The notes: generated by a model not told the origin, from the sequence alone. A stretch of DNA of 64,000 nt from an uncultured Actinomycetes bacterium (GCA_963745365.1 CAVUXC010000014.1:46247-110246); one strand, 5' to 3'. Shown: positions 37,909 to 47,780, numbered from the stretch's first letter. A program made the numbers and translations.

Positions 37909-38421
37909 ATGACCGCGGACGAGGCCCGCTCTGCCGGCCGTCGTGATGCAGAGCGAGCTGTCGCTCTGGCTCGAGAGGAGCCGGACGAGACCGAAACAAC
38001 TGCCCGCGAGGAGCCGCGCGCCGACCTCTTCGCCGGGCCGGATCCGGGCAGACCGGGCTCGGTGGCGCGGCGCCTGGTTTCCGGCTGGCGTGGGACGGGG
38101 CATATCGCCGCCGGCGTCTCGGAGGAGGCGCAGCGGGCCGAGGAGGCCGGCGGCGAAGTTTGGGCGGCATACGGCGCTGCTCTCGACGCCGGGTTGAGCG
38201 ACGCGAACGTGACCCTGATCCCCACCTGGTACAGCGACGAGCGCGACCGGATCATCCGGGGCCTTTACGTCGTCGATCGAAACCGCTTCCCCGACGCAGC
38301 TGCCGGCATGCGGACCAAGACGGAGGACGGCATCGACTACACCTTTGAGGGCGATGTCCAGCGGGCCTTCAGGGCGCCGCGCAGAGGTCTCCTGACCCGG
38401 CGGAAGTCGAGGCGCCGCTGA
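37909..38421 (+). CDS. hypothetical protein
   Basis: 170-aa ORF with moderate GC3. An acidic, low-complexity N-terminus is followed by a globular-looking C-terminal half (VTLIPTWYSDERDRIIRGLYVVDRNRF...GIDYTFEGDVQRAF). I recognise no family. Confidence 0.45.
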   Translation: MTADEARSAGRRDAERAVALAREEPDETETTAREEPRADLFAGPDPGRPGSVARRLVSGWRGTGHIAAGVSEEAQRAEEAGGEVWAAYGAALDAGLSDANVTLIPTWYSDERDRIIRGLYVVDRNRFPDAAAGMRTKTEDGIDYTFEGDVQRAFRAPRRGLLTRRKSRRR

Positions 38422-38539
38422 GCCGGCCCCACGCTTCGCCGCTCGTCGGCCGTTCCCCCGAGTTGCTTGGCGTGCGGGTCCGAAGGGCCGTTGGCATAGA
38501 TTCCGCGCGGCAAGGCAGTCGAGTCGAGGAGCGCGAACG

Positions 38540-39037
38540 ATGGCGAAGGTCGTTGGACCCGGCGATGGCAAGGCGGGCTTTCTGGGAAGCATCGGGGTGC
38601 GGTTCATGATCGGCGGCGATCAGGCGGGCGGCGGTTTCTCCTTGGTGGAGCACCCGATGTCTGCAAGGGCACTCGCCGCACCGCTGCACCGGCACGCGCG
38701 CGAGGACGAGTACAGCTACGTCCTCGAGGGGCGCATGGGCGCCTTGCTTGGGGATGAGGAGCTCGTCGCGGGCCCCGGCGACCTGGTCTTCAAGCCCCGC
38801 AATCAGTGGCACACCTTCTGGAACGCCGGCGATCAGCCCGCGCGGATCCTGGAGATCATCTCGCCTGCCGGCTTCGAGAAGTACTTCGAGGAGCTGGTTG
38901 ACCTGGGAGGCAGCACCGGGGCGCGTCTTGAGGCGTTAGCCGAGCTCAGTGCTCGCTACGAGCTGGAGGTGGACCCCGACAGCATCCCGGGACTCGTTGA
39001 GCGTTTCGACCTGCGGTTTCCCGGCGAGCCGATCTAG
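38540..39037 (+). CDS. cupin-domain protein
   Basis: PLHRHAREDEYSYVLEGR...PRNQWHTFWN is the cupin signature. GAGGAG lies 8 nt upstream of the ATG. Confidence 0.8.
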   Translation: MAKVVGPGDGKAGFLGSIGVRFMIGGDQAGGGFSLVEHPMSARALAAPLHRHAREDEYSYVLEGRMGALLGDEELVAGPGDLVFKPRNQWHTFWNAGDQPARILEIISPAGFEKYFEELVDLGGSTGARLEALAELSARYELEVDPDSIPGLVERFDLRFPGEPI

Positions 39038-39114
39038 CGAAAGCAACTTTGGCTTGACATTGCCGGGGCGTTCGGTTCAAATGGACGCTCCAGCACAGAT
39101 CGCGAGTAAGGGGT

Positions 39115-41826
39115 ATGGCCTCGTCAGACGGATCCGGTCGGAGGCAGGGCGGCAGGCGCATCGCCGCAACGCGTTTCCTGCTCGCGCTGGCCGTGCTGGC
39201 TCTGATCGCTCCAGTATCCGCTCACGCCGCTCCAGGCGACATCTACGTCGCCGACCCCGGTGCCTTTACCGGGGGTGGCGTGATCAGCGTTAACCCCACC
39301 ACGGGCGCGCGCACCACCGTCTCTGAGAACACGGCGCCCGCCGGCGGGCCGAGCTTCACGGTGCCCTGGGCGATCGCGCTTGAGGCGGACGGCGACATCC
39401 TGGTGGCCGACCAGCAGGCCTTCGGCGGCAGCGGCGGCGTGATCCGCGTCGACCCGACGACGGGGGCGCGCACCACTGTCTCGGAGAACACGGCACCGGC
39501 CGGGGGGCCGAGCTTCGTGGCGCCCACCGGCATCGCCGTCGAGGCGGACGGCGACATCCTGGTGGCCGACCTCCAGGCCTTCGGCGGCAGCGGCGGCGTG
39601 ATCCGAGTCGATCCAACCACGGGCGCGCGCACGACCGTCTCTGCGAACACGGCACCGGCCGGGGGGCCGAGCTTCGATAACCCGAACAGCCTCGCAGTCG
39701 CCTCGAACGGCGACATCGTGGTCGCCGATGACAACGCCTTTGCCCTTCCACTGCTCGCAGGTACCGGCGGCGTGATCCGCGTCAACCCCGCGACGGGCGC
39801 GCGCACGACCATCTCGGAAAACACGGCGCCAGTAGGAGCGCCGCTGTTCTCGGACCCTTCCGGCGTCGCGCTCGAGGCGAATGGCGACATCCTGGTGGGC
39901 GACCCCAACGCCTTCGCCGGCAGCACCGGCGGCGTGATCGGCGTCAACCCCGCGACAGGCGCGCGCACCACTGTCTCCGAGAACACGGCGCCGCTCGGGG
40001 GGCCGAGCTTCGCGGAGCCCTTTGGCGTCGCGCTGGAGGCGGAAGGCGACATCCTGGTGGCCGACATGGAGGCCTTCGGCGGATCGGGCGGCGTGGTTCG
40101 CGTCGACCCAACGACAGGCGCGCGCACTACCGCCTCTGAGAACACGGCTCCGGCGGGGGGGCCGAGCTTCGACCAGCCCACGGACGTCGCGGTCGTCCCA
40201 AACCCCCCTGACACGACCATCGACTCCGGTCCCTCGGATCCCACCAACGACCCCACCCCCGAGTTCGCCTTCTCCTCCAACCAAGCGGGCTCGTCGTTCG
40301 AGTGCAGGGTCGACACCGGATCGTTCTCCTCGTGCACCTCGCCGCATACGACTGCCTCCCTCTCCGACGCCGAGCACACCTTCGAAGTACGGGCGATCAA
40401 CGCCGCTGGGTCCACCGACGAAAGCGCGGCGAGCCAGACCTTCACCGTTGACACCCAGGCCCCCGACGCCCCCCAGATCACCGCCACCGCCCCCGCCTCG
40501 CCGGCCAACGACAACGACCCCGAGGTCAAGGGCACCGCCCCCGCCGACGCGACCGACGTGAGCCTCTACAAGGACGACGCCTCCTGCACCGAGCCCGCCG
40601 CCGCCACCGGCTCCAAGGCCGCCTTCGAGGGGGCCGGGATCACGGTCGCGGTCACCGGCGATCACACGACTGCGCTTCGAGCCCGGGCCACGGACGCCGC
40701 CGGCAACGCGTCCGCCTGCTCTGACCCCTTCTCCTACACCGAGGACTCGACGGCGCCCGCCGCTCCGGCGATCACCGCCACCGACCCCGACTCGCCGGCC
40801 AACGAAAACCACCCTGAGGTGATCGGCACTGCCCCCGCCGACGCTGCCCAGGTGAGGCTGTACAAGAACAATCCCTCCTGCACCGGGCCCGCCAACGCCA
40901 CCGGCTCCAAGGCCGCCTTCGAGGGGACGGGGATCACGGTCGCGGTAACCGGCAATCAGACCACCGACCTCCGGGCCCGGGCCACCGACGCCGCCGGCAA
41001 CCCCTCCGCCTGCTCGGACGCCTTCGCCTACACCGAGGACTCGACTCCCCCCGAGACCACGATCGACTCCGGCCCCTCGGACACCACCAACGACCCGACC
41101 CCGACCTTCGCCTTCTCCTCACCGGACACGAGCGCGAGCTTCGAGTGCAAGGTCGCCTCGAACGTCTACACGTCCTGCACCTCGCCGGAGACCACTTCGC
41201 TCCTCACAGAGGGCGCTCATACCATCTACATCCGCGCCACCGACCCGGCCGGCAACCTCGACCCGACGCCGGCCTCGCGCACCTTCACGGTCCGGACCGC
41301 CGCGGTGCACGTCTCGGGTTCGACCCTCGTGGTCACGGCCGCGGCGGGGGCCAAGGACAACCTCGAGATCACCCGTCCCTCTGCCTCGGTCCTGCGGGTA
41401 ACCGACTTGGCCGGCGGCGCCTACACGGGCTCGGGCGTCCACGCCTGGGGGGGATGCACCCGAAGCGGCGACTACACCGCGAACTGCAACGCCACCGGGA
41501 TCACCCTGATCCGGGTCGCCGCCGGGGTTCGAAACGACCGCGTGGTCAACTCGACCGCGATCCGAAGCTCGCTGGACGGTGGGGCGACGAACGACCTGCT
41601 GATCGGCGGGCCGAACAGGGACACCCTGACCGGGGGAACGGGCGCCGACGTGATCAAGGGGATGAACGGAAACGATGAGATCTTCGCCCGCGACCTCGTC
41701 TCCGATACGTCGATCGACTGCGACGGCGGGACCACCCAGGGCAGCGCGGACACGGCCGACCTGGACCTCCTGCCCAAGGATCCCGACTCCGCGGTCACGA
41801 ACTGCGAGACCAAGACACGACACTGA
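39115..41826 (+). CDS. large secreted mosaic protein: six-blade propeller-like repeats, four Ig-like modules, C-terminal RTX-like Ca-binding repeats
   Basis: The signal peptide reads ...LLALAVLALIAPVSAHAAPGD. Six ~50-aa units follow (GGVIRVDPTTGARTTVSENTAPAGGPSFxxPxGIAVEADGDILVAD). Modules PPDTTIDSGPSDPTNDPTPEFAFSS...ECRV... and APDAPQITATAPASPANDNDPEVKGTA...ATDAAGN... are each present twice. The C-terminus reads GGATNDLLIGGPNRDTLTGGTGADVIKGMNGNDEI. Confidence 0.8.
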   Translation: MASSDGSGRRQGGRRIAATRFLLALAVLALIAPVSAHAAPGDIYVADPGAFTGGGVISVNPTTGARTTVSENTAPAGGPSFTVPWAIALEADGDILVADQQAFGGSGGVIRVDPTTGARTTVSENTAPAGGPSFVAPTGIAVEADGDILVADLQAFGGSGGVIRVDPTTGARTTVSANTAPAGGPSFDNPNSLAVASNGDIVVADDNAFALPLLAGTGGVIRVNPATGARTTISENTAPVGAPLFSDPSGVALEANGDILVGDPNAFAGSTGGVIGVNPATGARTTVSENTAPLGGPSFAEPFGVALEAEGDILVADMEAFGGSGGVVRVDPTTGARTTASENTAPAGGPSFDQPTDVAVVPNPPDTTIDSGPSDPTNDPTPEFAFSSNQAGSSFECRVDTGSFSSCTSPHTTASLSDAEHTFEVRAINAAGSTDESAASQTFTVDTQAPDAPQITATAPASPANDNDPEVKGTAPADATDVSLYKDDASCTEPAAATGSKAAFEGAGITVAVTGDHTTALRARATDAAGNASACSDPFSYTEDSTAPAAPAITATDPDSPANENHPEVIGTAPADAAQVRLYKNNPSCTGPANATGSKAAFEGTGITVAVTGNQTTDLRARATDAAGNPSACSDAFAYTEDSTPPETTIDSGPSDTTNDPTPTFAFSSPDTSASFECKVASNVYTSCTSPETTSLLTEGAHTIYIRATDPAGNLDPTPASRTFTVRTAAVHVSGSTLVVTAAAGAKDNLEITRPSASVLRVTDLAGGAYTGSGVHAWGGCTRSGDYTANCNATGITLIRVAAGVRNDRVVNSTAIRSSLDGGATNDLLIGGPNRDTLTGGTGADVIKGMNGNDEIFARDLVSDTSIDCDGGTTQGSADTADLDLLPKDPDSAVTNCETKTRH
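39235..40200 (+). repeat. six tandem ~150-bp intragenic repeats, several nearly identical at DNA level
   Basis: For example ggcgtgatccg(c/a)gtcga(c/t)cc...acgggcgcgcgcac...gagaacacggc(a/g)cc...gggccgagcttc...gacggcgacatcctggtggccgac recurs from 39.27 to 40.1 kb. Confidence 0.75.
40204..41295 (+). repeat. A-B-B'-A' arrangement of duplicated ~250-295-bp Ig-like-module coding repeats
   Basis: A is 40204-40455 and A' is 41047-41295 (PPxTTIDSGPSDxTNDPTPxFAFSS). B is 40456-40752 and B' is 40753-41046 (AP(D/A)APxITATxPxSPANxNxPEV.GTAPADA...RARATDAAGNxSACSDxFxYTEDST). Confidence 0.7.
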
Positions 41827-41869
41827 GAGTCTCACGCGGGAAGCCCGGGGCGCGTTAGATTCGGAGGCG

Positions 41870-43205
41870 GTGGAAGCGATCAAGCCTCCAAAGACGCACT
41901 ACGCTCGCAGCGGCGACTTCTCGATCGCCTACCAGGTGGTCGGCGACGGCCCCCTCGACCTGGTCCACATACCAGGCCTCGTCTCGCACCTCGACCAGGC
42001 CTGGACGCATCCGAAGTACGAGCGCTTCATGCGGCAGTTGTCCTCGTTCGCTCGGGTGATCGTCTACGACAAGCGCGGCACCGGGCTGTCCGATCCCTTC
42101 ATCGAGCCGCCCTCGGTTGAGGAGCGGATCGACGACACGCGGGCAGTCATGGACGCGGTTGGCAGCGAGCGTGCGGTGGTCTTCGGGTGCTCGGAGGGTG
42201 CCACCCTGGCGGCCTTCTTCGCCGCCACCTACCCCGAGCGGGTGGCGAGCGCCGTCCTCTACGGCAGCTTCGCTCGGCTGACGCCCGATCCGCCCGACTA
42301 TCCCTGGGGCTTTGACGACGTCATGATGTCCGTGCTCATGCAGGGCGCCGAGGAGGCCTGGGGAGAAGGGGTCATCCTCACGGTTCTCGGCCCCAGCTTC
42401 CTGGAGGACGATCAGGAGCGCGAGTGGTGGGGGGGCTACGAGCGCACCGCGATCAGCCCGCGCGTCCTGAGCCCCATGATGGCGGCCAACGTGGAGCTCG
42501 ACATCCGCGCGATCCTGCCGACGATCCGCGTCCCGACCCTGCTCCTCCACCGCACCGGGGACATGCTGCCGGTCGAAGGAGCCCGGTACATGGCGGAGCG
42601 CATCCCGGGCGCCCGGCTGATCGAGATGGAGGGGGACGACCACTGGCCGTGGGTTGGCGACCCCGACGAGGTCTGCGGCCATGTCGAGGAGTTCGTGACC
42701 GGCAGCCGCCGCGAGCCCGAGACCGATCGCGTGCTGGCGACGGTGCTGTTCACCGACATCGTCGGCTCGACCGAGCGGGCCTCGGAGATCGGCGACCGCC
42801 GCTGGCGCGAGTTGCTGGAGGCAGCACGAGCAGGCGTTTCGGCGCGAGCTGGAGCGCCAGGGCGGGCGGGAGGTGAAGACCACGGGCGACGGGTTCCTGG
42901 CCACCTTCGACGGCCCGGCGCGTGCGATTCGCTGCGCCAAGGCGGCCACCTCGGCGATCCGCGCGCTCGGGGTCGACATTCGCGCCGGCATCCACACCGG
43001 GGAATGCGAGCGCCGAAACGGGGACATCGGCGGGATCGCGGTCCACATCGGCGCCCGGGTGATGTCCCAGGCCGGGCCGGGTGAGGTGCTGGTGTCGAAC
43101 ACGGTGAAGGACCTCACGGTGGGCTCCGACATCGAGTTCGAGGAGCGTGGCGAGCACGAGCTCAAGGGGATCCCGGGCTCCTGGCGCCTCTACGCTGCTC
43201 GCTGA
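41870..43205 (+). CDS. alpha/beta-hydrolase domain fused to class III adenylate/guanylate cyclase domain, frame broken as assembled
   Basis: GTG 41870, (M)EAIKPPKTHYARSGDFSIAYQVVGDG..., FGCSEGA nucleophile elbow. The cyclase domain VLFTDIVGSTERASEIGDRRWRELLEA continues as HEQAFRRELERQGGREVKTTGDGFLATFDGPARAIRCA in ORF 42873..43205. An extra g sits at about 42824. Confidence 0.8.
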
Positions 43206-44386
43206 GGCCAGCGCCTAGCGCCGGTGCCGATGCCGGGTGATGGTGCCGGTCGTGGCGGTGGCGTGCGTGCGGGCGCAGGTGGCGCGCGTAGGGAGCGAAG
43301 CGGCGCCTGTTCAGCATCTGTCGCATGACCCGCCGCGCTCGGGGGAAGTTGTCGATGTCGAAGGCGGTGCCGGGCCTGACGCTGCGGTAATAGATCAGCA
43401 TCCTGGTGCGGCCGTGCCGCAGGGCGAACCTGTACAGGTCGCGGGTGAACTCGCCGCGGTAGTCGTTGTCCCACGGCGAGTACTCGCCGACCACGAATGG
43501 GAAGCCGCGCCACTGGCGGTAGAAGCGCTTGAAAGCCGCCCACACCCCCGGCGTCGCGTAGGCCGAGTAGATGTCGGCGCCGACCCAGTCGACGAAGCGC
43601 TTGCCGGGCCAGTAGCGCCCCGGTTGGTTGCCGGGGACGTAGGGCGAGCCGATCGTCTGCGGCGTCCACATGAAGGCGACCTTCGGGCGCTCGAGGCGCC
43701 CGCCCACGTTCTCGCGCCTGTAGATCCGGGCGTGGCTTCGACGAAGCCCGCAGGATGCGCGGCATGTGGCGCTGGCGAAGCTTGCGGTTGATCTTCTTTC
43801 GCTTGCCGCCGCGAACGATCAAGACGATTCGCTGCCAGGCTCGGCGAAAGTTGTTGAGGGAGTGGCTTCCGCCCTTCTTGGTGCCGTCGGCGTTGAAGGC
43901 ACAGTAGGGGTTCCAGTAGCCGTTCATCTCCGGGAACAGGCGCAGGTACACGACCTGCTTGGATTTCGCGATCGACTGGTTGAGCCGCACGATGTAATGG
44001 TCGCCGCGCCCCTTGGCGATCTGCCGCGGGCTGATCCGCTCCGGCTGTCCCCCGGGGGCGGTGGAGAGGCTGAGCACGCCCCGGGTCCTGGTCTGGTGCC
44101 AGCGCTGTAGTGCACCCGAGGTCAGCGGCGTGTCCCAGTGGTAGAAGTCCTCGAGCACCGCGGGGTGAGCTCCCACCCGCTTCCTGAAGCGGTGGAAGTC
44201 CGCGTTGTTGGTGGTGTCGGAGACCCCGTGGAAGATCCGGTGATGGCGCGGTTTGAAGTTGCGCGCCTCCGCGGGGAGGGTGGCGGTCAGCAGCAGCGCG
44301 GTCGCCGCCACGACCACGGCCCCAGCCATCCGCGCCGGTCGCGGACGGTCGCGGACGGAGCCCGTACCCACCATCTGGCTTGGCAT
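43162..44386 (-). CDS. glycoside hydrolase family 26-like secreted protein, frame broken as assembled
   Basis: The signal/TM segment reads MAGAVVVAATALLLTATLPAEA. GH26-like motifs are RLFPEMNGYWNPY, YWPGKRFVDWVGADIYS and FPFVVGEYS. The N-part is in ORF 43190..44479 and the C-part in ORF 43162..43707, with the break near 43735-43745. The start is ATG 44386 or 44329. Confidence 0.65.
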
Positions 44387-44459
44387 CGGCCCGTACCCTC
44401 TCCAACTTGAGCCGCCAGCGCAAGGCCCCGGACGGCCGCCTCGCTGCATACTGGGGGCG

Positions 44460-44909
44460 ATGGAGATCGGCTCCGCCACCGAGCGCGACCTGCCGGCGCT
44501 GCTGCCCCTGCTGCGCGCCTACTGCGAGTTCTACGAGGCCGGGCCTTCCGACGACGGACTGAGGGCGATGGCCCGGGCGCTGGTCGCGGAGCCGGACGCC
44601 GAGGGGATTCTGCTGGTCGCCCGCGACGGCGAGGGGGCGCCGATCGGCTTCGCGACCGTCGGCTGGAAGTGGTCGAGCCTGCGCGCCGCGCGGATCGCCG
44701 TCATGGAGGATCTGTTCGTGGCGCCCGAGGCGCGGGGCCAGGGAGCCGCCGACGCCCTGATCCGTGCCTGCGCTGACCGAACCCGCGAGCTGGGCGCGCC
44801 GGTCCTCAGCTGGATGACTGCGACCGACAACCACCGCGCCCAGGCGGTGTACGCGCGGGTTGGCGCCACCGGCGGCCCGTGGCTCGAGTACGAGCTGGAG
44901 CTCACGTAG
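44460..44909 (+). CDS. GNAT-family N-acetyltransferase
   Basis: ATG 44460. MEDLFVAPEARGQGAADALIRAC is acetyl-CoA-binding motif A (R/QxxGxG/A). Confidence 0.85.
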   Translation: MEIGSATERDLPALLPLLRAYCEFYEAGPSDDGLRAMARALVAEPDAEGILLVARDGEGAPIGFATVGWKWSSLRAARIAVMEDLFVAPEARGQGAADALIRACADRTRELGAPVLSWMTATDNHRAQAVYARVGATGGPWLEYELELT

Positions 44910-44996
44910 CGGAGCGGGAGGGATTCGAACCCCCGGGCCCTTGCGGACCGGCTGCTTTCAAGGCAGCTGCAATAAACCGGACTCTGCCACCGCTCC
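44910..44996 (-). tRNA. tRNA-Ser (anticodon UGA)
   Basis: Reverse strand reads GGAGCGG..GCTGC-CTTGAAA-GCAGC, then a long variable arm (CGGTCCGCAAGGGCCCG), then GGGGG-TTCGAAT-CCCTC-CCGCTCC-G. It is a class II tRNA and CCA is not encoded. Confidence 0.85.
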
Positions 44997-45069
44997 CGAA
45001 TCGGTGCTCTCGCCAAGAGCGTAACCGGCCCGCCCGCGGCTTCACCGCTGGCCATAGGCTTCCTCGGCG

Positions 45070-46377
45070 ATGGCCCCCGAGTGGCGAAACTGGACCGGCG
45101 ATCAGCGCTGCTCGCCGGCGGTGGTCGAGCAGCCACAGACCCTCGAGGGGCTGATTGAAGCCGTCAGGCGGGCGGCGGACCAAGGCCTCACGGTTCATGC
45201 GCCCGGCTCGGGTCATTCCTTTACCGAGGCCGCGCTAACCGACGGAGCGATGATCCGGATCGAGGCGCTGAACCGCGTCCTCGACGCCGACCGCGACTCC
45301 GGCCTGGTCAAGGTTGAGGCAGGGATCACCCTGCGGGACCTCAGCGCGTTCCTTTGGGAGCGGGGCCTGGCGATGGAGAACCTCGGCGACATCGACCGCC
45401 AGACACTGGCCGGGGCGATCTCCACCGCCACGCACGGCACGGGCGCCGAGTTCCGGAACCTCTCCGCCCAGGTCGAGGCGCTCGAGCTGGTGCTGGCGGA
45501 CGGGAGCGTGCTCGAGGTCTCCGAGCAGTCCGATGCCGACGCCTATCGGGCCGCGCGGGTCGGGCTCGGGGCGCTGGGGGTGATCTACTCGGTCACCCTG
45601 CGCGCGGTCCCCGCCTTCACCCTGCATCGGGTCGACGCGCCCAGCCCGCTCGAGGAGACCCTGGCGAGCATCGACGAGCTGGCGGCGCGCAACGACCACT
45701 TCGAGTTCTTCGTCTTCCCCCACACCGACACGGCGCTGACCATCGAGCGCAACCGCGTCGACGGCCCCCCGCGTCCTCGCGGGCGCGCCAGCGCCTACCT
45801 GAACGAGATCGTGCTCGAGAACTACGCCCTGGACCTGCTCTCGAGGGTGGGGCGCCGCTTTCCCTCCACGATCCCGCGGCTGGTCGGCTTCGCCGCGCGC
45901 CGGTTCTCGCACACCGAGAGGACCGACCGCAGCTACAGGATCTTCGCGTCGGAGCGCCGCGTCCGGTTCACGGAGATGGAGTACGCGATCCCGCGCCGGC
46001 ACGGACCGGAGGCGGTGCGCCGGGTGCTGAGTCTGGCCCGTGAGCGCGAGCTGCAGGTGGGCTTCCCGATCGAGTTCCGGCTCGTCGCCCCCGACGACGC
46101 GCTGCTCAGCCCCGCCCACGAGCGCCAGACGGCCTATGTCGCCGTCCACCAGTACCGGGGCATGGCCTGGGAGCCCTACTTCCGGGCCGTCGAGCGGATC
46201 ATGGCCGAGTACGAGGGGCGCCCCCACTGGGGCAAGCGCCACTTCCAGACCGCGCAGACGCTGGAGAAGCTCTACCCGCGCTGGCGGGACTTTCGCGAGG
46301 TCCGCGCCCGGCTCGACCCCGAGGGTCGCTTCTCGAACGCCTACGCGGACCGCGTGCTCGGCCCGGTCGGCTCCTAG
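45070..46377 (+). CDS. FAD-linked D-arabinono-1,4-lactone / L-gulonolactone oxidase family protein
   Basis: The N-terminal PCMH FAD-binding domain reads VHAPGSGHSFTE. The C-terminal ALO domain reads HWGKRHF, with a FSNAY-type ending. Confidence 0.85.
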   Translation: MAPEWRNWTGDQRCSPAVVEQPQTLEGLIEAVRRAADQGLTVHAPGSGHSFTEAALTDGAMIRIEALNRVLDADRDSGLVKVEAGITLRDLSAFLWERGLAMENLGDIDRQTLAGAISTATHGTGAEFRNLSAQVEALELVLADGSVLEVSEQSDADAYRAARVGLGALGVIYSVTLRAVPAFTLHRVDAPSPLEETLASIDELAARNDHFEFFVFPHTDTALTIERNRVDGPPRPRGRASAYLNEIVLENYALDLLSRVGRRFPSTIPRLVGFAARRFSHTERTDRSYRIFASERRVRFTEMEYAIPRRHGPEAVRRVLSLARERELQVGFPIEFRLVAPDDALLSPAHERQTAYVAVHQYRGMAWEPYFRAVERIMAEYEGRPHWGKRHFQTAQTLEKLYPRWRDFREVRARLDPEGRFSNAYADRVLGPVGS

Positions 46378-47624
46378 AGGAAGGCCTTGCCGTCGCCGCG
46401 GTAGGTCGGCACCTGGTCGACGATCCGGTCGCCCTCCACGAGATAGAGCGAGCCGAAGCGCTCGCAGAGCTCGCCGGCCTTGGCGTGGCGCATGTAGACG
46501 CGATCGCCGACCCGCAGTCGCCTCGCCGCGAGCCCCAGCAGCGGCGTCTGCACCTCGCCCGCGCCTTCCTGCTTGTCGAGCTGGAGGCCCTCGGGCAGGT
46601 AGGGCTCCGGAAGGCGATCCTGCCCAGCGGCGCCGGAGGCGAGGTAGCCGCCGCCGAGCGCCGTGACCACGCCCGGGGCGGGGCGGCGGACGATCGGCAG
46701 CACGAAGAAGGCCGCGGGCGCCAGCGCCAGTGATCGATAGTGGTCGAACAGCACCGGGTCGTAGAAGCCGGAGCCGGCCGTGAGCTCGGTGACGACGCCA
46801 GCCGCGGCGGTGCGCGCCAGGCTCCCGGTCCCGCCGCCGTTCACGAACTCGAGCGAAGCCTGCTCGCGAACCGCGTCGACGATCCGCGGCAGGCGACTGT
46901 GGATGTCGCGCTCCGAGGCGGCTTGCATGCGGCGGATCAAGGCGCTGCGCAAGGGGCGGCCCGGGAGCCGGTCGCCGACGCCGGCGATGTGTCCCTCGTA
47001 GGCCATCACGCCGACCAGGCGGGTGCCGGGGCGTCCCTCGATCTCGGCCGCCGTGGAGCGGGCGCGCTCCGGAGTCCGCACCGGCGAGCGCTTGGGGCCG
47101 ATCCGCGCCAGCTTTCCACCCAGCGGCCACCAGCCGACGTCGATGTCCAGGCAGACGCGGACCTCGGCCGGGCCGCCCCCGATCGCCGACTCGATCAGGT
47201 CGAGGTGAGGCGAGCTGTCGACCATCGGCACCGGCGCGCTGGCTGGCTCGGCGGCGGCCAGCTCGACCAGCTCGGCGAGCGCCTCGCGGTCGGCGGTCGG
47301 GTAGGCGACGACGATGTTCTCGAAGCCCTCCCGGGCGAGGAAAAGCGCCTCGGGCAGGGTGAACGAGAGGATGCCCTCGAAGCCCGGGTCGAGCTCCAGG
47401 ATGCGGCGCAGGACGGCGACCGAGCGCACGGACTTGGAGGCGATGCGGATCGGCTTGCCGGCCGCCTGGGCGAGCATGAAGCGTGCGTTGGCGTGCAGCG
47501 CGTCGAGGTCGACGAAGGCGAATGGCGCGGTGATCGAGTCGAAGATCGCCTCGTACCGAGCGTGGAGCGCCTCGCGGTCGGCTGTGGGGGCCGCGATTGA
47601 GGGGCTGGTGCCGGTCGCACTCAC
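46374..47624 (-). CDS. PLP-dependent alanine-racemase-fold enzyme (D-serine deaminase / amino-acid aldolase-like)
   Basis: PIRIASKSVR carries the PLP lysine. MAYEGHIAG and a C-terminal beta domain are also present. GTG 47624 was chosen because the longer ORF would overlap tRNA-Ser. Its stop shares the CTAG palindrome with the convergent gene. Confidence 0.7.
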   Translation of the reverse strand: MSATGTSPSIAAPTADREALHARYEAIFDSITAPFAFVDLDALHANARFMLAQAAGKPIRIASKSVRSVAVLRRILELDPGFEGILSFTLPEALFLAREGFENIVVAYPTADREALAELVELAAAEPASAPVPMVDSSPHLDLIESAIGGGPAEVRVCLDIDVGWWPLGGKLARIGPKRSPVRTPERARSTAAEIEGRPGTRLVGVMAYEGHIAGVGDRLPGRPLRSALIRRMQAASERDIHSRLPRIVDAVREQASLEFVNGGGTGSLARTAAAGVVTELTAGSGFYDPVLFDHYRSLALAPAAFFVLPIVRRPAPGVVTALGGGYLASGAAGQDRLPEPYLPEGLQLDKQEGAGEVQTPLLGLAARRLRVGDRVYMRHAKAGELCERFGSLYLVEGDRIVDQVPTYRGDGKAFL

Positions 47625-47662
47625 CGCGGCGCGAGCGTATCTAGAATCGTTGCTCAGACCCC

Positions 47663-47751
47663 GGAGAGGTGGCCGAGCGGCTGAAGGCACTCGCCTGCTA
47701 AGCGAGTAGGGGGCGCAAGCTCTCTCGAGGGTTCGAATCCCTCCCTCTCCG
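47663..47751 (+). tRNA. tRNA-Ser (anticodon GCU)
   Basis: GGAGAGG-TG-GCCGAGCGGCTGAAGGC..CTCGC-CTGCTAA-GCGAG, then a long variable arm, then GAGGG-TTCGAAT-CCCTC-CCTCTCC-G. Confidence 0.9.
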
Positions 47752-47780
47752 CCTCCGCGTAGACCAGCGATCACTCACCG

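Noticed and set aside
34877-38170. A 1097-aa ORF suggesting a giant protein.
   Set aside because: Only the C-terminal 583 aa, from ATG 36628, form the receiver-like/TrxR protein. The upstream 514 codons are the antisense strand of the beta-propeller gene and translate to Arg/Gly/Pro-rich repeats.
39235-41295. Regularly spaced DNA repeats that could be mistaken for a CRISPR array or satellite.
   Set aside because: The repeats are 150-295 bp, contiguous with no unique spacers, and lie in one long ORF with a clear protein repeat structure. No cas genes are present.
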